The translations under genes and the position numbers were made by a program. Below the pieces are notes generated by a model. The model saw only the letters and a program-made list of their open reading frames with translations. It was not told the DNA's origin and searched no databases. Below, one piece after another: positions 1-14,149 of a stretch of 64,000 nt of DNA. The stretch spans positions 6,829 through 70,828 of the forward strand of contig JAITHT010000074.1 in assembly GCA_031279825.1 (NCBI GenBank), in the 5' to 3' direction. This stretch comes from Desulfovibrio sp. (GTDB lineage Bacteria > Desulfobacterota > Desulfovibrionia > Desulfovibrionales > Desulfovibrionaceae). The number at the start of each line of letters is the position of its first letter. Position 1 is the first letter of the stretch.

Positions 1-1
1 A

Positions 2-970
2 CCAAGCCATGAACTGGCTCATGCGCGGCTTATATTCGGCCTTGTGGTCAAAGGCCAGGGCGCCGGTCCAGGTGCTCTCCCACTTGTGCGGATCGCCGAA
101 GGTCCACACGTCCTTGGGCACGCAGAAACCCTTCTTGGCACCGGCAATGATAATGCCGAGGCCCACCAGGCCGCCGATCATGGAGGGCAACTCGGGCCCG
201 AAGAACCACGCCATCAGGAAAAACGGGATGATGAAGGCGGTGGCCGCAAAGAAGCAGAACTTCCAGGCGGCGAAACCATCGGCCCAGGAGCGGTTGGGGC
301 CGAACAGACGGGTGATGAAGCCGAGGGCGAAAACGGGCAGGATGTAAATCATCGGCGCGTGCATGAGAGTAATGGTTTCACCGATGTGTTTTATGCCCGA
401 GTATTCGTCGGGGAAGACTCCCGCGGCAATTACCGTCGCCAGGGAAGTTTTGATGGCCGTGCCCATGCCCACGAGCAGGGTGACGCCCACCGCGCCGAAG
501 GCGACGGAAAAGGAGTTGAAGATAAGGGCAAGCACCGCCGCCGCCAGAGGAGGATAGCCCAGGGCGAGCAGAAAGGGAGCGGCCAGAGCGGCGGGCGTGC
601 CGAAACCGGCGGAGCCTTCGATAAAGGCGCCGAACATATAGCCGATAATAATGCCCTGCACCCGCATGTCTTTGCTGACGCCCTGCATGCCGTACTGGAT
701 GGTTTCCATACCGCCGGACGCCTGCAGGGTATGCAGAAGAAGAAGGGCGCCGAACACGATGATCAGTACACCCACGGCATTGATGGCTCCTTGAATACTA
801 AGAGCCGCGATGTAATCAACAGGAAGCTTCCATACAAAAAAGGCGGAGAGGGCGCAGGCGGCCCAGGCAATGGGCATGGCTTTCATGGCGCCCATACGCA
901 GGCCGACCATGAGCACAAGAGCGATAAGAATAGGCACGAGGGCAACAAGAGCAAGAAGTCCAATTGACAT
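2..970 (-). CDS. lctP: L-lactate permease (runs off the left edge of the window)
   Basis: Not in the ORF track. Manual minus-strand translation from ATG 970 gives [25 protein letters not shown]...[26 protein letters not shown], the LctP signature; lies downstream of por as in Desulfovibrio lactate operons. Confidence 0.88.
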   Translation of the reverse strand, partial: [323 protein letters not shown]

Positions 971-1512
971 AAGCAACCTCTCTCAGGCCGATACGGCCAT
1001 TTAGTTGTCCGAAAGCGGGACATACGCTCCGAATTTTTCCCAGAGCGGCTCTCTCCGCACAGCCGCCCGCAGGGGCGCACACCACAAAAAGACAGCATTT
1101 TCAGCCGCGAGCCGCTCACAACGCCACTCATCTTACGCGCTTCCGGCAAGTAGCCGGAAACCCGACAGCTTTTCATAAAAGCGGCTTCGCCACAACACAT
1201 ATTGCGGTGCTCACGCTTCTTCTTTGGCCTACAAAGAATCGGCGCGCGCGTTCAAAAGATTGTCCGGCTATCTGGAGATACGCCACCATAACACCCTGTC
1301 TTCACACCACCTCCTTTCACATCAGGCTGACAGGAAATACCGCTTTGCCGTAATCGCCGGGCGATATTTCCAGTCCGCCGCTCCCCGTTTGTCAGAGTTA
1401 CCATTATAAAGGCTTCCATGCGGACGAAGGCAGATATACAATGGGCGCCCCTCTTGCCGGGGTAATGATACGAGGGACGCCCTCATTGTCCCGAATGAAC
1501 TCTTTACTCTAT

Positions 1513-5238
<3,726 letters not shown>

Positions 5239-5329
5239 TCAAATTTTTTTTCGATCACGCCATGCACGCCTGAAAAAACAGCATAAGGAGACGCCGCGCA
5301 CAAAATCCGCGCCCCGGCGGCATATCAGA

Positions 5330-5598
5330 ACTTTGAAAATGCTCTGGCAACCGACAGCGTAAGCGCTGACTCTCGTGCGCGAGGAGCAGGCGAAACGTGT
5401 TTTCGCCGAGGGCGCTAGTGCATAATTGCAAAAATTCAAAGTATATTTTTTACGGATATTTTTGCAGGAGCGTCGGCTTAAAAACATGATTTTAAGCTGA
5501 CTTACGCCGCCTTCGGCGGCGTAAAACCCTCCAGGGTTTTGTAGTGTTTATTTTTGCAAGGAAACACTAGCGCAACGTTTCAAAGTTAACCTGCTCCA
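5330..5598 (+). repeat. MITE-like repeat family A, copy A1 (interrupted by a family B element)
   Basis: ctttgaaaatgctctgg...gcgtaagcg...ctcgtgcgcgaggagcaggcgaaac...tttcgccgagggcg, then element B, then cgcaacgtttcaaagttaacctgctcca; matches the copies at 24914, 43438 and 48122. Confidence 0.85.
5415..5570. mobile_element. MITE-like element family B, copy B1
   Basis: Imperfect terminal inverted repeats CTAGTG..ttgcaaaaat / atttttgcaaggaaaCACTAG; closely similar to 36459-36617; no coding capacity. Confidence 0.85.
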
Positions 5599-5697
5599 GG
5601 TGTTTAGTCCCATTTGAGTAATGATATATGCTATTAACTGCCGCTCTAAAATTCACTCGCTTTTATTCCGCCAAGCATATATAGCCATCCCATAATT

Positions 5698-5813
5698 TTT
5701 GAAACGTCGCACTCGTCGCCTCGGCGAAAACATGTTTCGCCTGTTCCTCACGCACGAGAGCCGACGTTTACGCTGTCGGTTGCCAGAGCATTTTCAAAGT
5801 GAAAATGCTTTTA
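5698..5813 (-). repeat. Family A copy A2 (inverted relative to A1)
   Basis: Reverse complement of the A consensus, including the agcattttcaaagtgaaaatgct terminal hairpin. Confidence 0.85.
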
Positions 5814-5844
5814 GGGTTACTATGCTTTCAGGAAATATATCGTA

Positions 5845-6747
5845 ATGAACGTCTGCATACCCCGTGTCGCCGCCATCCATGATCTGGCGGGTTTCGGCCG
5901 CACCTCGCTCATGGTGGTGATTCCTGTCTTCTCTACATTGGGCATACAGGTCTGCCCTCTGCCCACGGCCGTGCTTTCCACCGGCACCAGCGGTTTTGCC
6001 GACTTCCGTTTTGCCGATCTGACGGAACATATGGCCTCTTTTCTTGAACACTGGAAAGAACTGGGGCTGCGCTTTGACGCCATTTACAGCGGCTTTCTCG
6101 GCTCTTCCCGGCAAGTGGAAATCGTGGCCGACTGCATTGAGCACTGCCGAAAACCCGGTGCGCTCGTCGTCGTGGACCCGGTGCTTGGCGATAACGGCCA
6201 GTTGGAACCCACAATGAATATGGATATGGTGGAACGCATGCGCTGGCTGACGCAAAAAGCCACATGCATCACCCCTAACCTGACGGAAGCGGCCTTGCTG
6301 CTTGATGAACCCTATCCCTTTCAGGCCGAAAGCCGGGGTATGGAGGATTCCAAACTGCGGGACTGGCTCTACAGGCTTACGGACAACGGTCCGGAGACGG
6401 CGGTTATCACCAGCGTGCCCGCGGGCAACAAGCGGCGTAGCGCCGTGGTGGCGTATCAGCGCAAATGCAGACGATTTTGGCGGGTGGATTGCGATTATAT
6501 TCCGGCGGATTTTCCCGGCACCGGAGATACCTTTACCAGTGTGCTCACAGGCAGCGTGCTGCAGGGAGACAGTCTGCCCCTGGCCATGGACAGAGCCGTG
6601 CAATTTGTCTCCCTGTGCATCCGCGCCGCATTCGGCCATTGCGCGCCTTGCCGCGAAGGGAGCTTTCTCGAGCGAACCCTCGGCTCCCTCAGCGCGCCGG
6701 TTACCAACTCCAGTTACGCCCTCTGGGAAGAGGTGCATGATGAATGA
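5845..6747 (+). CDS. pdxK: Pyridoxal/pyridoxamine kinase
   Basis: HDLAGFGR, PLPTAVLST, DAIYSGFLGS, VDPVLGDNG, TPNLTEA and FPGTGDTF ribokinase-family motifs. Confidence 0.85.
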   Translation: MNVCIPRVAAIHDLAGFGRTSLMVVIPVFSTLGIQVCPLPTAVLSTGTSGFADFRFADLTEHMASFLEHWKELGLRFDAIYSGFLGSSRQVEIVADCIEHCRKPGALVVVDPVLGDNGQLEPTMNMDMVERMRWLTQKATCITPNLTEAALLLDEPYPFQAESRGMEDSKLRDWLYRLTDNGPETAVITSVPAGNKRRSAVVAYQRKCRRFWRVDCDYIPADFPGTGDTFTSVLTGSVLQGDSLPLAMDRAVQFVSLCIRAAFGHCAPCREGSFLERTLGSLSAPVTNSSYALWEEVHDE

Positions 6748-7807
6748 ACAGACACCCGCAGGGAAAAACAGCGGCCCCGCGGATTTCGTTTTCTCTCCCG
6801 ATCATGAGCCCCGCAATTCTCCAGGCGTCCGCCCCTCCCTCTCACAATCCGGGGACAAAAAGCTCCTGCCTGTCGGCATCTTCGATTCGGGCGTGGGCGG
6901 GTTGACGGTTCTGGCGGAGCTGCTCAAGCGCCTGCCCTATGAGTATTATTACTACCTGGGAGATACCGCGCGTTTGCCTTACGGCACCAAAAGCAACGGC
7001 ACCATCGTGCGTTATTCCCTCCAGGTGGCGGAAAAGCTGGTGGAACGCAATATCAAACTCCTGGTGGTGGCATGCAACACGGCCACAGCCGCCGCCCTGC
7101 CTCACCTGCGAAAGGCATATCCCCACCTGCCTGTGCTGGGTGTGGTGGAACCGGGCGCGCGGGCCGCCTGCAAGATCTCCCGCAACGGCAGCATCGTCGT
7201 CCTCGGTACCGAATCCACTATCCGGGGACAAGCTTACACCAAAGCGATTCATGCTTTGCGGCCCGACGCCAGAGTCACCGGCATAGCCTGCACCTTGTTT
7301 GTCTCCCTGGCTGAGGAGGGCTGGATAACCGGTCATGTGGCCGAAGCCATTACGGCCCGCTATCTTGCCCCTATTCTGGAACACAGAACGGCCGGGCTGC
7401 AGGATGCGAAGGAGAACGTTCCCGGCGGCCGCGCGCGTCAGGCTGCTCCGCCGGACTGCCTGGTGCTCGGCTGTACGCATTTTCCTCCTCTGGTTCCCGT
7501 CATCCAATCCGTTGTCGGCGATACGGTGACCCTCGTGGATTCCGCGGCCACAACCGCCGAAGCGGTGGAGGAACGTCTGCGGGAACTTAATCTCCTGCAC
7601 CCCGACCAAGCGCCGGACGGCGCAAAGGGCGCGGATCGGGCCACGGAGGATTGTCCCGTGGACGGCCCACACGACCGCGATGATTCGGGCATCCTCTCCC
7701 GTCTGCATCTGCTCACCACCGACGCGCCGGAACGTTTTGCCCGTGTAGGGAGTCTCTTTCTGGGTATGCCCCTTACATCCGCCTCCCTGGAGTTGGTGGC
7801 GCTGTAG
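6740..7807 (+). CDS. murI: Glutamate racemase
   Basis: IFDSGVGGLTV, PYGTKS, ACNTA and LGCTHFP motifs; start placed at the ATG overlapping the pdxK end (the track ORF 6302 is over-extended). Confidence 0.93.
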   Translation: MNEQTPAGKNSGPADFVFSPDHEPRNSPGVRPSLSQSGDKKLLPVGIFDSGVGGLTVLAELLKRLPYEYYYYLGDTARLPYGTKSNGTIVRYSLQVAEKLVERNIKLLVVACNTATAAALPHLRKAYPHLPVLGVVEPGARAACKISRNGSIVVLGTESTIRGQAYTKAIHALRPDARVTGIACTLFVSLAEEGWITGHVAEAITARYLAPILEHRTAGLQDAKENVPGGRARQAAPPDCLVLGCTHFPPLVPVIQSVVGDTVTLVDSAATTAEAVEERLRELNLLHPDQAPDGAKGADRATEDCPVDGPHDRDDSGILSRLHLLTTDAPERFARVGSLFLGMPLTSASLELVAL

Positions 7808-7933
7808 CCGGAAAAGCAACCGCCCTTTCCACCCGCAACGATTGGGAAGCCTGAAATATTTGCCATGCCCTTACCGTACGAGACAGACAGGCGCATCTTC
7901 CCCTGAAAAGAACATTTTTTGCATATTCTCGTT

Positions 7934-8713
7934 ATGGATATTTTCACTTTCGACATGGCGGGCCTCGCCGGTTTTTTGCTGACCCTCGTGCGCGTCAGTT
8001 GCATCGTGTTTCTGATGCCTTTTTACGGCGGCGAATATATTCCTATTCAGGTAAAGGCGGCCTTCTGTCTGATACTGACCATGGCCATCTGGCCGCATCT
8101 TGCCTTGCCCGGCAGTGCCCTGCCCGCCCATCCCATAGGCATTGCGCTGCTGCTGCTGGGGGAACTCATTCTGGGGCTGCTGCTCGGCTTGTGCGTCTAT
8201 TTCATTTTCACGGGAATCCAGACCGGCGGCGAAATCATGGGATTCCAGATGGGTTTCACCATGATGACCCTGGCCGATCCCATGTCCGGCACGCAAGTCA
8301 GCGTTACCTCACATCTCTTATATATGGTCACTTTTCTGATCTTTCTTTCGCTGGACGGGCATTTGCATCTGTTACGCGCTCTGGCGGACTCCTTTGTTCT
8401 TATCCCCCCCGGCGGTCTGCGCGTCGCCGACTCGCTTGCCGAAAACGTCCTGGAACTGTCCGCCGGCATGTTTATTCTTGCCGTCAAGGTAGCGGCCCCG
8501 GTTATCGCCTCGCTCTTCATGGCGGAGCTGACGCTTGCCCTCATGGGTCGGGCCGCTCCGCAAATGAATCTGCTGACCATGGGCTTTCCCATCAAAATCG
8601 CTGTGGGCTTTTTCTTTATCGGCGTGTTATTTTCCACCCTTGCCTTGCGTATGGAAGATATCATTATCGGACTTAAACCCATGTTTGACCATGTCATGAT
8701 GATGGCGCGCTGA
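7934..8713 (+). CDS. fliR: Flagellar export protein FliR
   Basis: Hydrophobic; GFQMGF...DP and APQMNLLTMGFPIKI motifs; directly before flhB. Confidence 0.93.
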   Translation: MDIFTFDMAGLAGFLLTLVRVSCIVFLMPFYGGEYIPIQVKAAFCLILTMAIWPHLALPGSALPAHPIGIALLLLGELILGLLLGLCVYFIFTGIQTGGEIMGFQMGFTMMTLADPMSGTQVSVTSHLLYMVTFLIFLSLDGHLHLLRALADSFVLIPPGGLRVADSLAENVLELSAGMFILAVKVAAPVIASLFMAELTLALMGRAAPQMNLLTMGFPIKIAVGFFFIGVLFSTLALRMEDIIIGLKPMFDHVMMMAR

Positions 8714-8749
8714 CGCAATCCGCCGCTGCGGCCAGACGGATACGATAGA

Positions 8750-9826
8750 ATGGCGAGAGATCCGAGCAGAACAGAACAGGCGACACCTAAGCGCATCCGG
8801 GATGCGCGCGAAAAAGGCAATGTCGCAAAATCCCAGGAAGTGACCAAAGCGGTTTCCATTCTGGCCGGACTGCTCGCGCTTTTTGTCTGTATGGGACTTT
8901 TATTCGACGAAATGACGCGCCTGTTTCGATATTTTCTCAGTATCGGCGCCACCGCCGCCATTAGTGATGCCGGCATGGCGCAGATGGGCATGTGGATTTC
9001 TCTTTCTCTGGCCAAAATGCTTCTGCCTGTCCTGCTGATTATTACTGCGGCCGCCTTTATCTCCCTGCGCGCGCAGGTGGGTAAACTATGGACCACTAAA
9101 GTCTTCGAATTTAAACTGGAAAAATTCAATCCCATCAACGGCTTGAAACGCATGTTCTTTTCCCTTCAGACCTTTATCCGCCTTGGGAAAAGCCTGCTGC
9201 AGGCATTGTTCATCGGTCTGGCCCCGCTTCTGGTGATCAAAAAGGAAATGCCCAATTTCGCCGATCTGTACTATATGGATGCCTTCGGCGTGGCCGTCTA
9301 TATTCTTTCCATCAGCAGCAAGATGGTCATCTATGCCCTTGTTCCCATGATCGCCATTGCCGCGGCGGACTGGTGGTATACACGATGGGATTATCAGGAA
9401 AACCTCAAAATGACTAAAGACGAGGTTAAGGACGAGCACAGGCAGCAAGAGGGCGACCCGCAGATGAAGCGGCATATACGCCAGAAAATGATGCGAATGT
9501 CCGCCAGGCGTATGATGCAGCAGATCCCTAAAGCCGACGTGGTCATTACCAACCCCACGCATATTGCCGTCGCTCTGCGCTATAATGCCATGGAGGCGCC
9601 GGCGCCGGTGGTGGTGGCCATGGGAGTTGACCGGGTGGCTGAAAAAATCAGGGAAATTGCCAGGGAGCACCACATCCCCATTCGCGAAAATAAAGCTCTG
9701 GCACGCGCTTTGTATAAGCAGACGGAAGTTGGCGATACCATACCGGCGGAACTCTTCCAGGCAGTGGCGATTATCCTCGCCCAAATCTGGAAAACAAAGC
9801 CTCCCAGGCAAAACCCTGTTTCGTAA
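8750..9826 (+). CDS. flhB: Flagellar export switch protein FlhB
   Basis: RTEQATPKR N-terminus, EGDPQ, NPTH autocleavage motif. Confidence 0.97.
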   Translation: MARDPSRTEQATPKRIRDAREKGNVAKSQEVTKAVSILAGLLALFVCMGLLFDEMTRLFRYFLSIGATAAISDAGMAQMGMWISLSLAKMLLPVLLIITAAAFISLRAQVGKLWTTKVFEFKLEKFNPINGLKRMFFSLQTFIRLGKSLLQALFIGLAPLLVIKKEMPNFADLYYMDAFGVAVYILSISSKMVIYALVPMIAIAAADWWYTRWDYQENLKMTKDEVKDEHRQQEGDPQMKRHIRQKMMRMSARRMMQQIPKADVVITNPTHIAVALRYNAMEAPAPVVVAMGVDRVAEKIREIAREHHIPIRENKALARALYKQTEVGDTIPAELFQAVAIILAQIWKTKPPRQNPVS

Positions 9827-9882
9827 AAGCGCGTCGACACTGTCGTTGTATTGACGGCAGAGAGACAAAAGGTGTCAGGATT

Positions 9883-12051
9883 ATGGCAACAAACGTGTCC
9901 CTTCCCAATATCAACTACGCGCGATTCGCTCGCCAGGGCGACATCATGCTAGCCGGCGGCGTTGTCGCTATCCTGTTGATTATGCTGGTGCCGCTGCCCA
10001 CCATCATCCTCGACTTTATGCTCTGTATTTCCATCTCCCTGTCTTTGGTCATTCTGGTTACCTCCATGTTTATGCTCTCTCCCCTGGAATTTTCCATTTT
10101 TCCCTCCCTGATGCTGGTGGCCACTTTGCTCAGGCTGGGCCTTAACGTAGCCTCCACCCGGCTCATTCTGCTTAATGGAGACAAAGGCACGGATGCGGCA
10201 GGAAGCGTCATCCAGGCTTTCGGCGAATTCGTCGTCGGCGGCAGCTATATCATAGGCGCCGTTATCTTTATGATTTTGTTCATCTTAAACAAAATGGTCA
10301 TCACCACGGGCACCACGCGCATCGCCGAAGTAGCCGCGCGTTTTACCCTGGATGCCATGCCGGGCAAGCAAATGGCCATTGAGGCGGATCTTAACTCAGG
10401 CCTCATCAATGAAGAAGAAGCCACTCAAAGACGCAACACCATCCGTAAAGAAGCGGACTTTTACGGCGCCATGGACGGCGCCGGCAAATTCGTCCAGGGA
10501 GACGTAAACGCGGGCATGGTCATCACTCTGATCAACATCATCGGAGGAGTGCTTCTCGGTGTGCTGCAAAAAGACATGAGTTGGGCAGAGGCGCTGCGCG
10601 CGTACACCCTGCTCACCGTCGGCGACGGCCTGGTCGCCACCATTCCTTCCATCGTCACCTCCACGGCCGCGGGTATCATCGTTTCCCGCGCGGCCGCAGA
10701 GGCCAAGATGGGCGAAGAATTCATCGGGCAACTCACGTATAATGACCGGGCTCTCTATATGGTGTCCGGCGTACTCCTTCTCTTTTCCCTTGTTCCGGGT
10801 CTGCCCATGCTGCCCTTTATGGGCATAGGTCTGACCCTTCTGCTCGCGGCCCGCATGAGCCGGCAGTTGCGCACGGCGGATGCCCAAGTGATCGGCGGCC
10901 GGAAACAGCAGCTCGGAAGCGGCCGAACGGCATTGTCCAAAAGCGCGGGAGTTGCCGGAGGCGCCGGGAATCTGCCGGCAGCCAGATCGGGGGACTCCCT
11001 TGATACGCCTGAAGAAGTCCAAGCTCTTCTGCCCCTGGATACGCTTGAATTAGAAGTGGGCTATGGACTTGTTCCCCTGGTGGACGAAAATCAAAACGGC
11101 AACCTGCTGTCACGCATTCGCTCCTTACGCAGGCAATTCGCCCTGGATATGGGCGTCATTCTGCCCTCCCTGCATCTGCGGGACAACCTGCAGCTCAAAC
11201 CGGGCCAATACAGCCTGCTGGTCAAGGGTAACGAGGTCGCCTCGGCCGAAATACTTATCGATCACTTTCTGGCCATGGATCCGGGTAACGCCAGGCACAG
11301 CATCCGCGGCATAGAAACCAGGGAACCGGCCTTCAACCTGCCCGCGGTCTGGATTCCCGAAACTCAGAAAGAAGAGGCCATGCTGGCCGGTTACACGGTG
11401 GTGGACCCCTCCACAGTCATCGCCACACACCTGACGGAGGTATTTCGCCGTCATCTGGCGGATTTCCTCGGCCGCCAGGAAACGCAGGGGCTCTTAGACA
11501 ATCTGGCCAAGACGGCGCCCAAGGCTGTAGAAGAACTGGTTCCCGGCATCCTTCCCCTCGGCGCGGTGCAAAAAGTGCTGCAGAATCTGGTACGCGAAAA
11601 CGTTTCTGTGCGCGATCTGCTCACCATTGTGGAGACACTGGCGGATCACGGACTTATGGTTAAAAGTGCGGAAATGCTTACGGAATACGTACGCGAACGA
11701 CTTTCGCGCACCATCGTTAAGCCCTACCTGGACAGCCAGGGGGCCTTGCCGATCATTACCCTGGATCCCAAGACCGAACAAATGGTACAGGAATCCATCC
11801 GCCAGACGGAAAACGGCGTCTATCTCGCCCTTGCGCCGGGCACGGCCCAACGGCTCATGCAGCAGATCAACCAAGTGATTGAACGGGCGGTCAACACCGA
11901 CGGACAACCGGTGGTACTGGTCTCGCCCATGTCCCGACCGCATCTGGCCCAATTGGTCATGCGCTTCCTGCCTTCTGTGCCCGTACTCTCCCAGGCCGAA
12001 ATTCCCATGGATATCCGCCTGAATTCAGTGGGCAACGTGGGAGTTGACTGA
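9883..12051 (+). CDS. flhA: Flagellar export gate protein FlhA
   Basis: RIAEVAARFTLDAMPGKQMAIEADLNSG and EADFYGAMDGAGKFV (FHIPEP motif). Confidence 0.97.
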   Translation: MATNVSLPNINYARFARQGDIMLAGGVVAILLIMLVPLPTIILDFMLCISISLSLVILVTSMFMLSPLEFSIFPSLMLVATLLRLGLNVASTRLILLNGDKGTDAAGSVIQAFGEFVVGGSYIIGAVIFMILFILNKMVITTGTTRIAEVAARFTLDAMPGKQMAIEADLNSGLINEEEATQRRNTIRKEADFYGAMDGAGKFVQGDVNAGMVITLINIIGGVLLGVLQKDMSWAEALRAYTLLTVGDGLVATIPSIVTSTAAGIIVSRAAAEAKMGEEFIGQLTYNDRALYMVSGVLLLFSLVPGLPMLPFMGIGLTLLLAARMSRQLRTADAQVIGGRKQQLGSGRTALSKSAGVAGGAGNLPAARSGDSLDTPEEVQALLPLDTLELEVGYGLVPLVDENQNGNLLSRIRSLRRQFALDMGVILPSLHLRDNLQLKPGQYSLLVKGNEVASAEILIDHFLAMDPGNARHSIRGIETREPAFNLPAVWIPETQKEEAMLAGYTVVDPSTVIATHLTEVFRRHLADFLGRQETQGLLDNLAKTAPKAVEELVPGILPLGAVQKVLQNLVRENVSVRDLLTIVETLADHGLMVKSAEMLTEYVRERLSRTIVKPYLDSQGALPIITLDPKTEQMVQESIRQTENGVYLALAPGTAQRLMQQINQVIERAVNTDGQPVVLVSPMSRPHLAQLVMRFLPSVPVLSQAEIPMDIRLNSVGNVGVD

Positions 12052-13220
12052 TGCAGGTAAAGACCTTCAGCGCGCGCGGCATGTCCGCGGTACTCGGCAT
12101 GATTCGGGAAGAACTCGGACCTGATGCCGTTATTCTTGATACCCAGGAAGAAAACGGCACCATTACCGTAACCGCCGCCCTGGAGGGCGCCTCCGCCAAA
12201 CAAAGGCAACCTGACGGAACACCGGAAAGCAAACCTTCCCCATCCGCCGCCTCTCACGGCGGCGCGCCCCCCCAGGCAGCAAATCGGGGCAAACCGCAGG
12301 AAAGCGCCTCTGCGGAAGGGCATGCCGCCCCCCCCCCCCCTTTCGGCTGGCAAAAATGGCATGAAGAATGGAGCAGTATAAAGAACCATCTCCTGGCGCT
12401 TATGAAACCCGCCCTGAAACTGGATCTGCTTCCCCCCCGGCAGCGTCTGGCCATTGAATATCTCCAGCGGGAAGGGGTGGAAGACAGCGCCGTTCTGGAG
12501 TTATTTCAGCGCCTGCAAAATGATCCGGATGCCTCCATCCTCGCTCCCCTTGCCGATATGGTGCCGTTGCGCCCCTGGGGCGAGCATACGTGGCCGCAAC
12601 GAATTCAGGTCATCGCGGGGCCCTTCGGTGCGGGCAAAACATCGGTGGCCATCCGCATGGCGCTGGCCTTGCGGCGGCTTTCCCCCGCCTGCCGAGTCTG
12701 TCTTGTCAACGCGGACGCCACCCGGGGCAATGGTCGGCTACTCCTGCGACACTATTGCGACCTTTCCGATATGGCGTATAAAGAAGCCTCCTCCACGATG
12801 GAGTTGGTTTCCGCCCTCAATACGGCTAAAAAAGAAGGATTTGACAAAATTGTGGTCGATCTGCCGGGCCTTTCCAAGGGTCGGTATTTATCCACCCTGC
12901 TTGCCGACGCCGGACTGGGCGAGCTTACAGGTGAAACCGCCAATGATGTGGCCGTCCATCTGACCCTGCCTCCGCATTACGGAAGTACGCAACTTGGCGG
13001 CATACTGGAGAGGTATCGCACTCCCCATGCCGGGGGCATTGTCTGGACAAAGCTGGATGAAGCCGATCACTATGGGCAAATCATCAATGTCGCCTTGGAA
13101 ACATGCCTGCCTGTTTCCGCACTCTCCTTCGGTCCCGGCCTGGGCAATTCCCTGGCTCCGGTGCGTGAACCCATGCTCTGGAAGCTGCTGTTCAAGCGAG
13201 AGTTGCCCATCGTCCTGTGA
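12051..13220 (+). CDS. flhF: Flagellar SRP-type GTPase FlhF
   Basis: MQVKTF...ELGPDAVIL N-terminus, GPFGAGKTS, DLPG, TKLDE; lies between flhA and flhG. Confidence 0.9.
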   Translation: MQVKTFSARGMSAVLGMIREELGPDAVILDTQEENGTITVTAALEGASAKQRQPDGTPESKPSPSAASHGGAPPQAANRGKPQESASAEGHAAPPPPFGWQKWHEEWSSIKNHLLALMKPALKLDLLPPRQRLAIEYLQREGVEDSAVLELFQRLQNDPDASILAPLADMVPLRPWGEHTWPQRIQVIAGPFGAGKTSVAIRMALALRRLSPACRVCLVNADATRGNGRLLLRHYCDLSDMAYKEASSTMELVSALNTAKKEGFDKIVVDLPGLSKGRYLSTLLADAGLGELTGETANDVAVHLTLPPHYGSTQLGGILERYRTPHAGGIVWTKLDEADHYGQIINVALETCLPVSALSFGPGLGNSLAPVREPMLWKLLFKRELPIVL

Positions 13221-13333
13221 AACAAGGAAGATATCCGACGCCGCTACATGCGCGCCGGAGAAAAACAGACTTGAAGCTTTACGGGAAAGCGTATAACTAA
13301 AAGTCTTGAATATTTTATCGTTTGGAGCCTTTT

Positions 13334-14149
13334 ATGAAAGCAGATCTCCCCCTGGTCATTTCAATCACTTCCGGAAAAGGCGGCGTCGGCAAGACGAATC
13401 TTGCGGTTAACCTTGCCTGCTGCCTTGCCAGGGAACAGAAAAATGTCGTATTGCTGGACGCCGATCTGGGGCTGGCCAATGTGGACGTGGTGCTGGGCTT
13501 AACGCCCAAGCGTAATCTCTTCCATCTCTTTCACGAAGGCGCGCAGCTTTCCGATGTTATTATGGATACTCCTTACGGCTTCAAAATACTCCCGGCTTCA
13601 TCAGGGGTGAGCGAAATGCTTTCTCTTACCGCGGGGCAGAAAATTGTCCTGCTTGAAGCCATGGACGAGCTTGAGGATGCCGTTGATTTCCTGATTGTGG
13701 ATACAGGTGCGGGCATCAATGAAAATGTGATGTATTTCAATCTGGCCGCTCAGGAACGGCTGATCATTCTCACGCCGGAACCCACGTCGCTTACGGATGC
13801 GTATGCGCTTATCAAAGTTATGCAACAAAACCATGACGTTCATGATTTCCGTGTTCTGGTGAACCTGGTTTCGGAAGAAAAATCGGCCAAAGAGGTTTTT
13901 CGCCGCCTGTATAAGGCATGCGATCATTTCCTGACGGGAATTTCTCTTGATTATGTGGGGATGATCCCTCGAGATGCCGGAGTACGAAAAGCGGTCATCC
14001 ATCAGAAACCTTTCTGCATCCAGGATCCTGATGGACCTGCGAGTCAGGCTTTGGCAGGGGTGGCAAAAACAATCCAAACGTGGGATGTCCCGAATACCCT
14101 CGATGGTAACATCAAATTTTTCTGGAAACGTTTGCTCTTCAGACAATAG
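13334..14149 (+). CDS. flhG: MinD/ParA-family flagellar number regulator FlhG
   Basis: SGKGGVGKT, DADLGLAN, DTGAG and PEPTSLTDAY motifs. Confidence 0.93.
   Translation: MKADLPLVISITSGKGGVGKTNLAVNLACCLAREQKNVVLLDADLGLANVDVVLGLTPKRNLFHLFHEGAQLSDVIMDTPYGFKILPASSGVSEMLSLTAGQKIVLLEAMDELEDAVDFLIVDTGAGINENVMYFNLAAQERLIILTPEPTSLTDAYALIKVMQQNHDVHDFRVLVNLVSEEKSAKEVFRRLYKACDHFLTGISLDYVGMIPRDAGVRKAVIHQKPFCIQDPDGPASQALAGVAKTIQTWDVPNTLDGNIKFFWKRLLFRQ

Noticed and set aside
5239..5487. Small ORFs sharing peptides such as SRRSCKNIRK or GSRARGAGETCFRR (also 36480-36863, 43399-43638, 56443-56781)
   Set aside because: These are translations of the A/B repeats, not a protein family.
6302..6739. N-terminal extensions of track ORFs (murI 6302, fliA 13974, peptidase 17825, cobJ 39124, gltX 58993)
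   Set aside because: They overlap neighbouring genes or promoters; downstream starts fit family lengths better.
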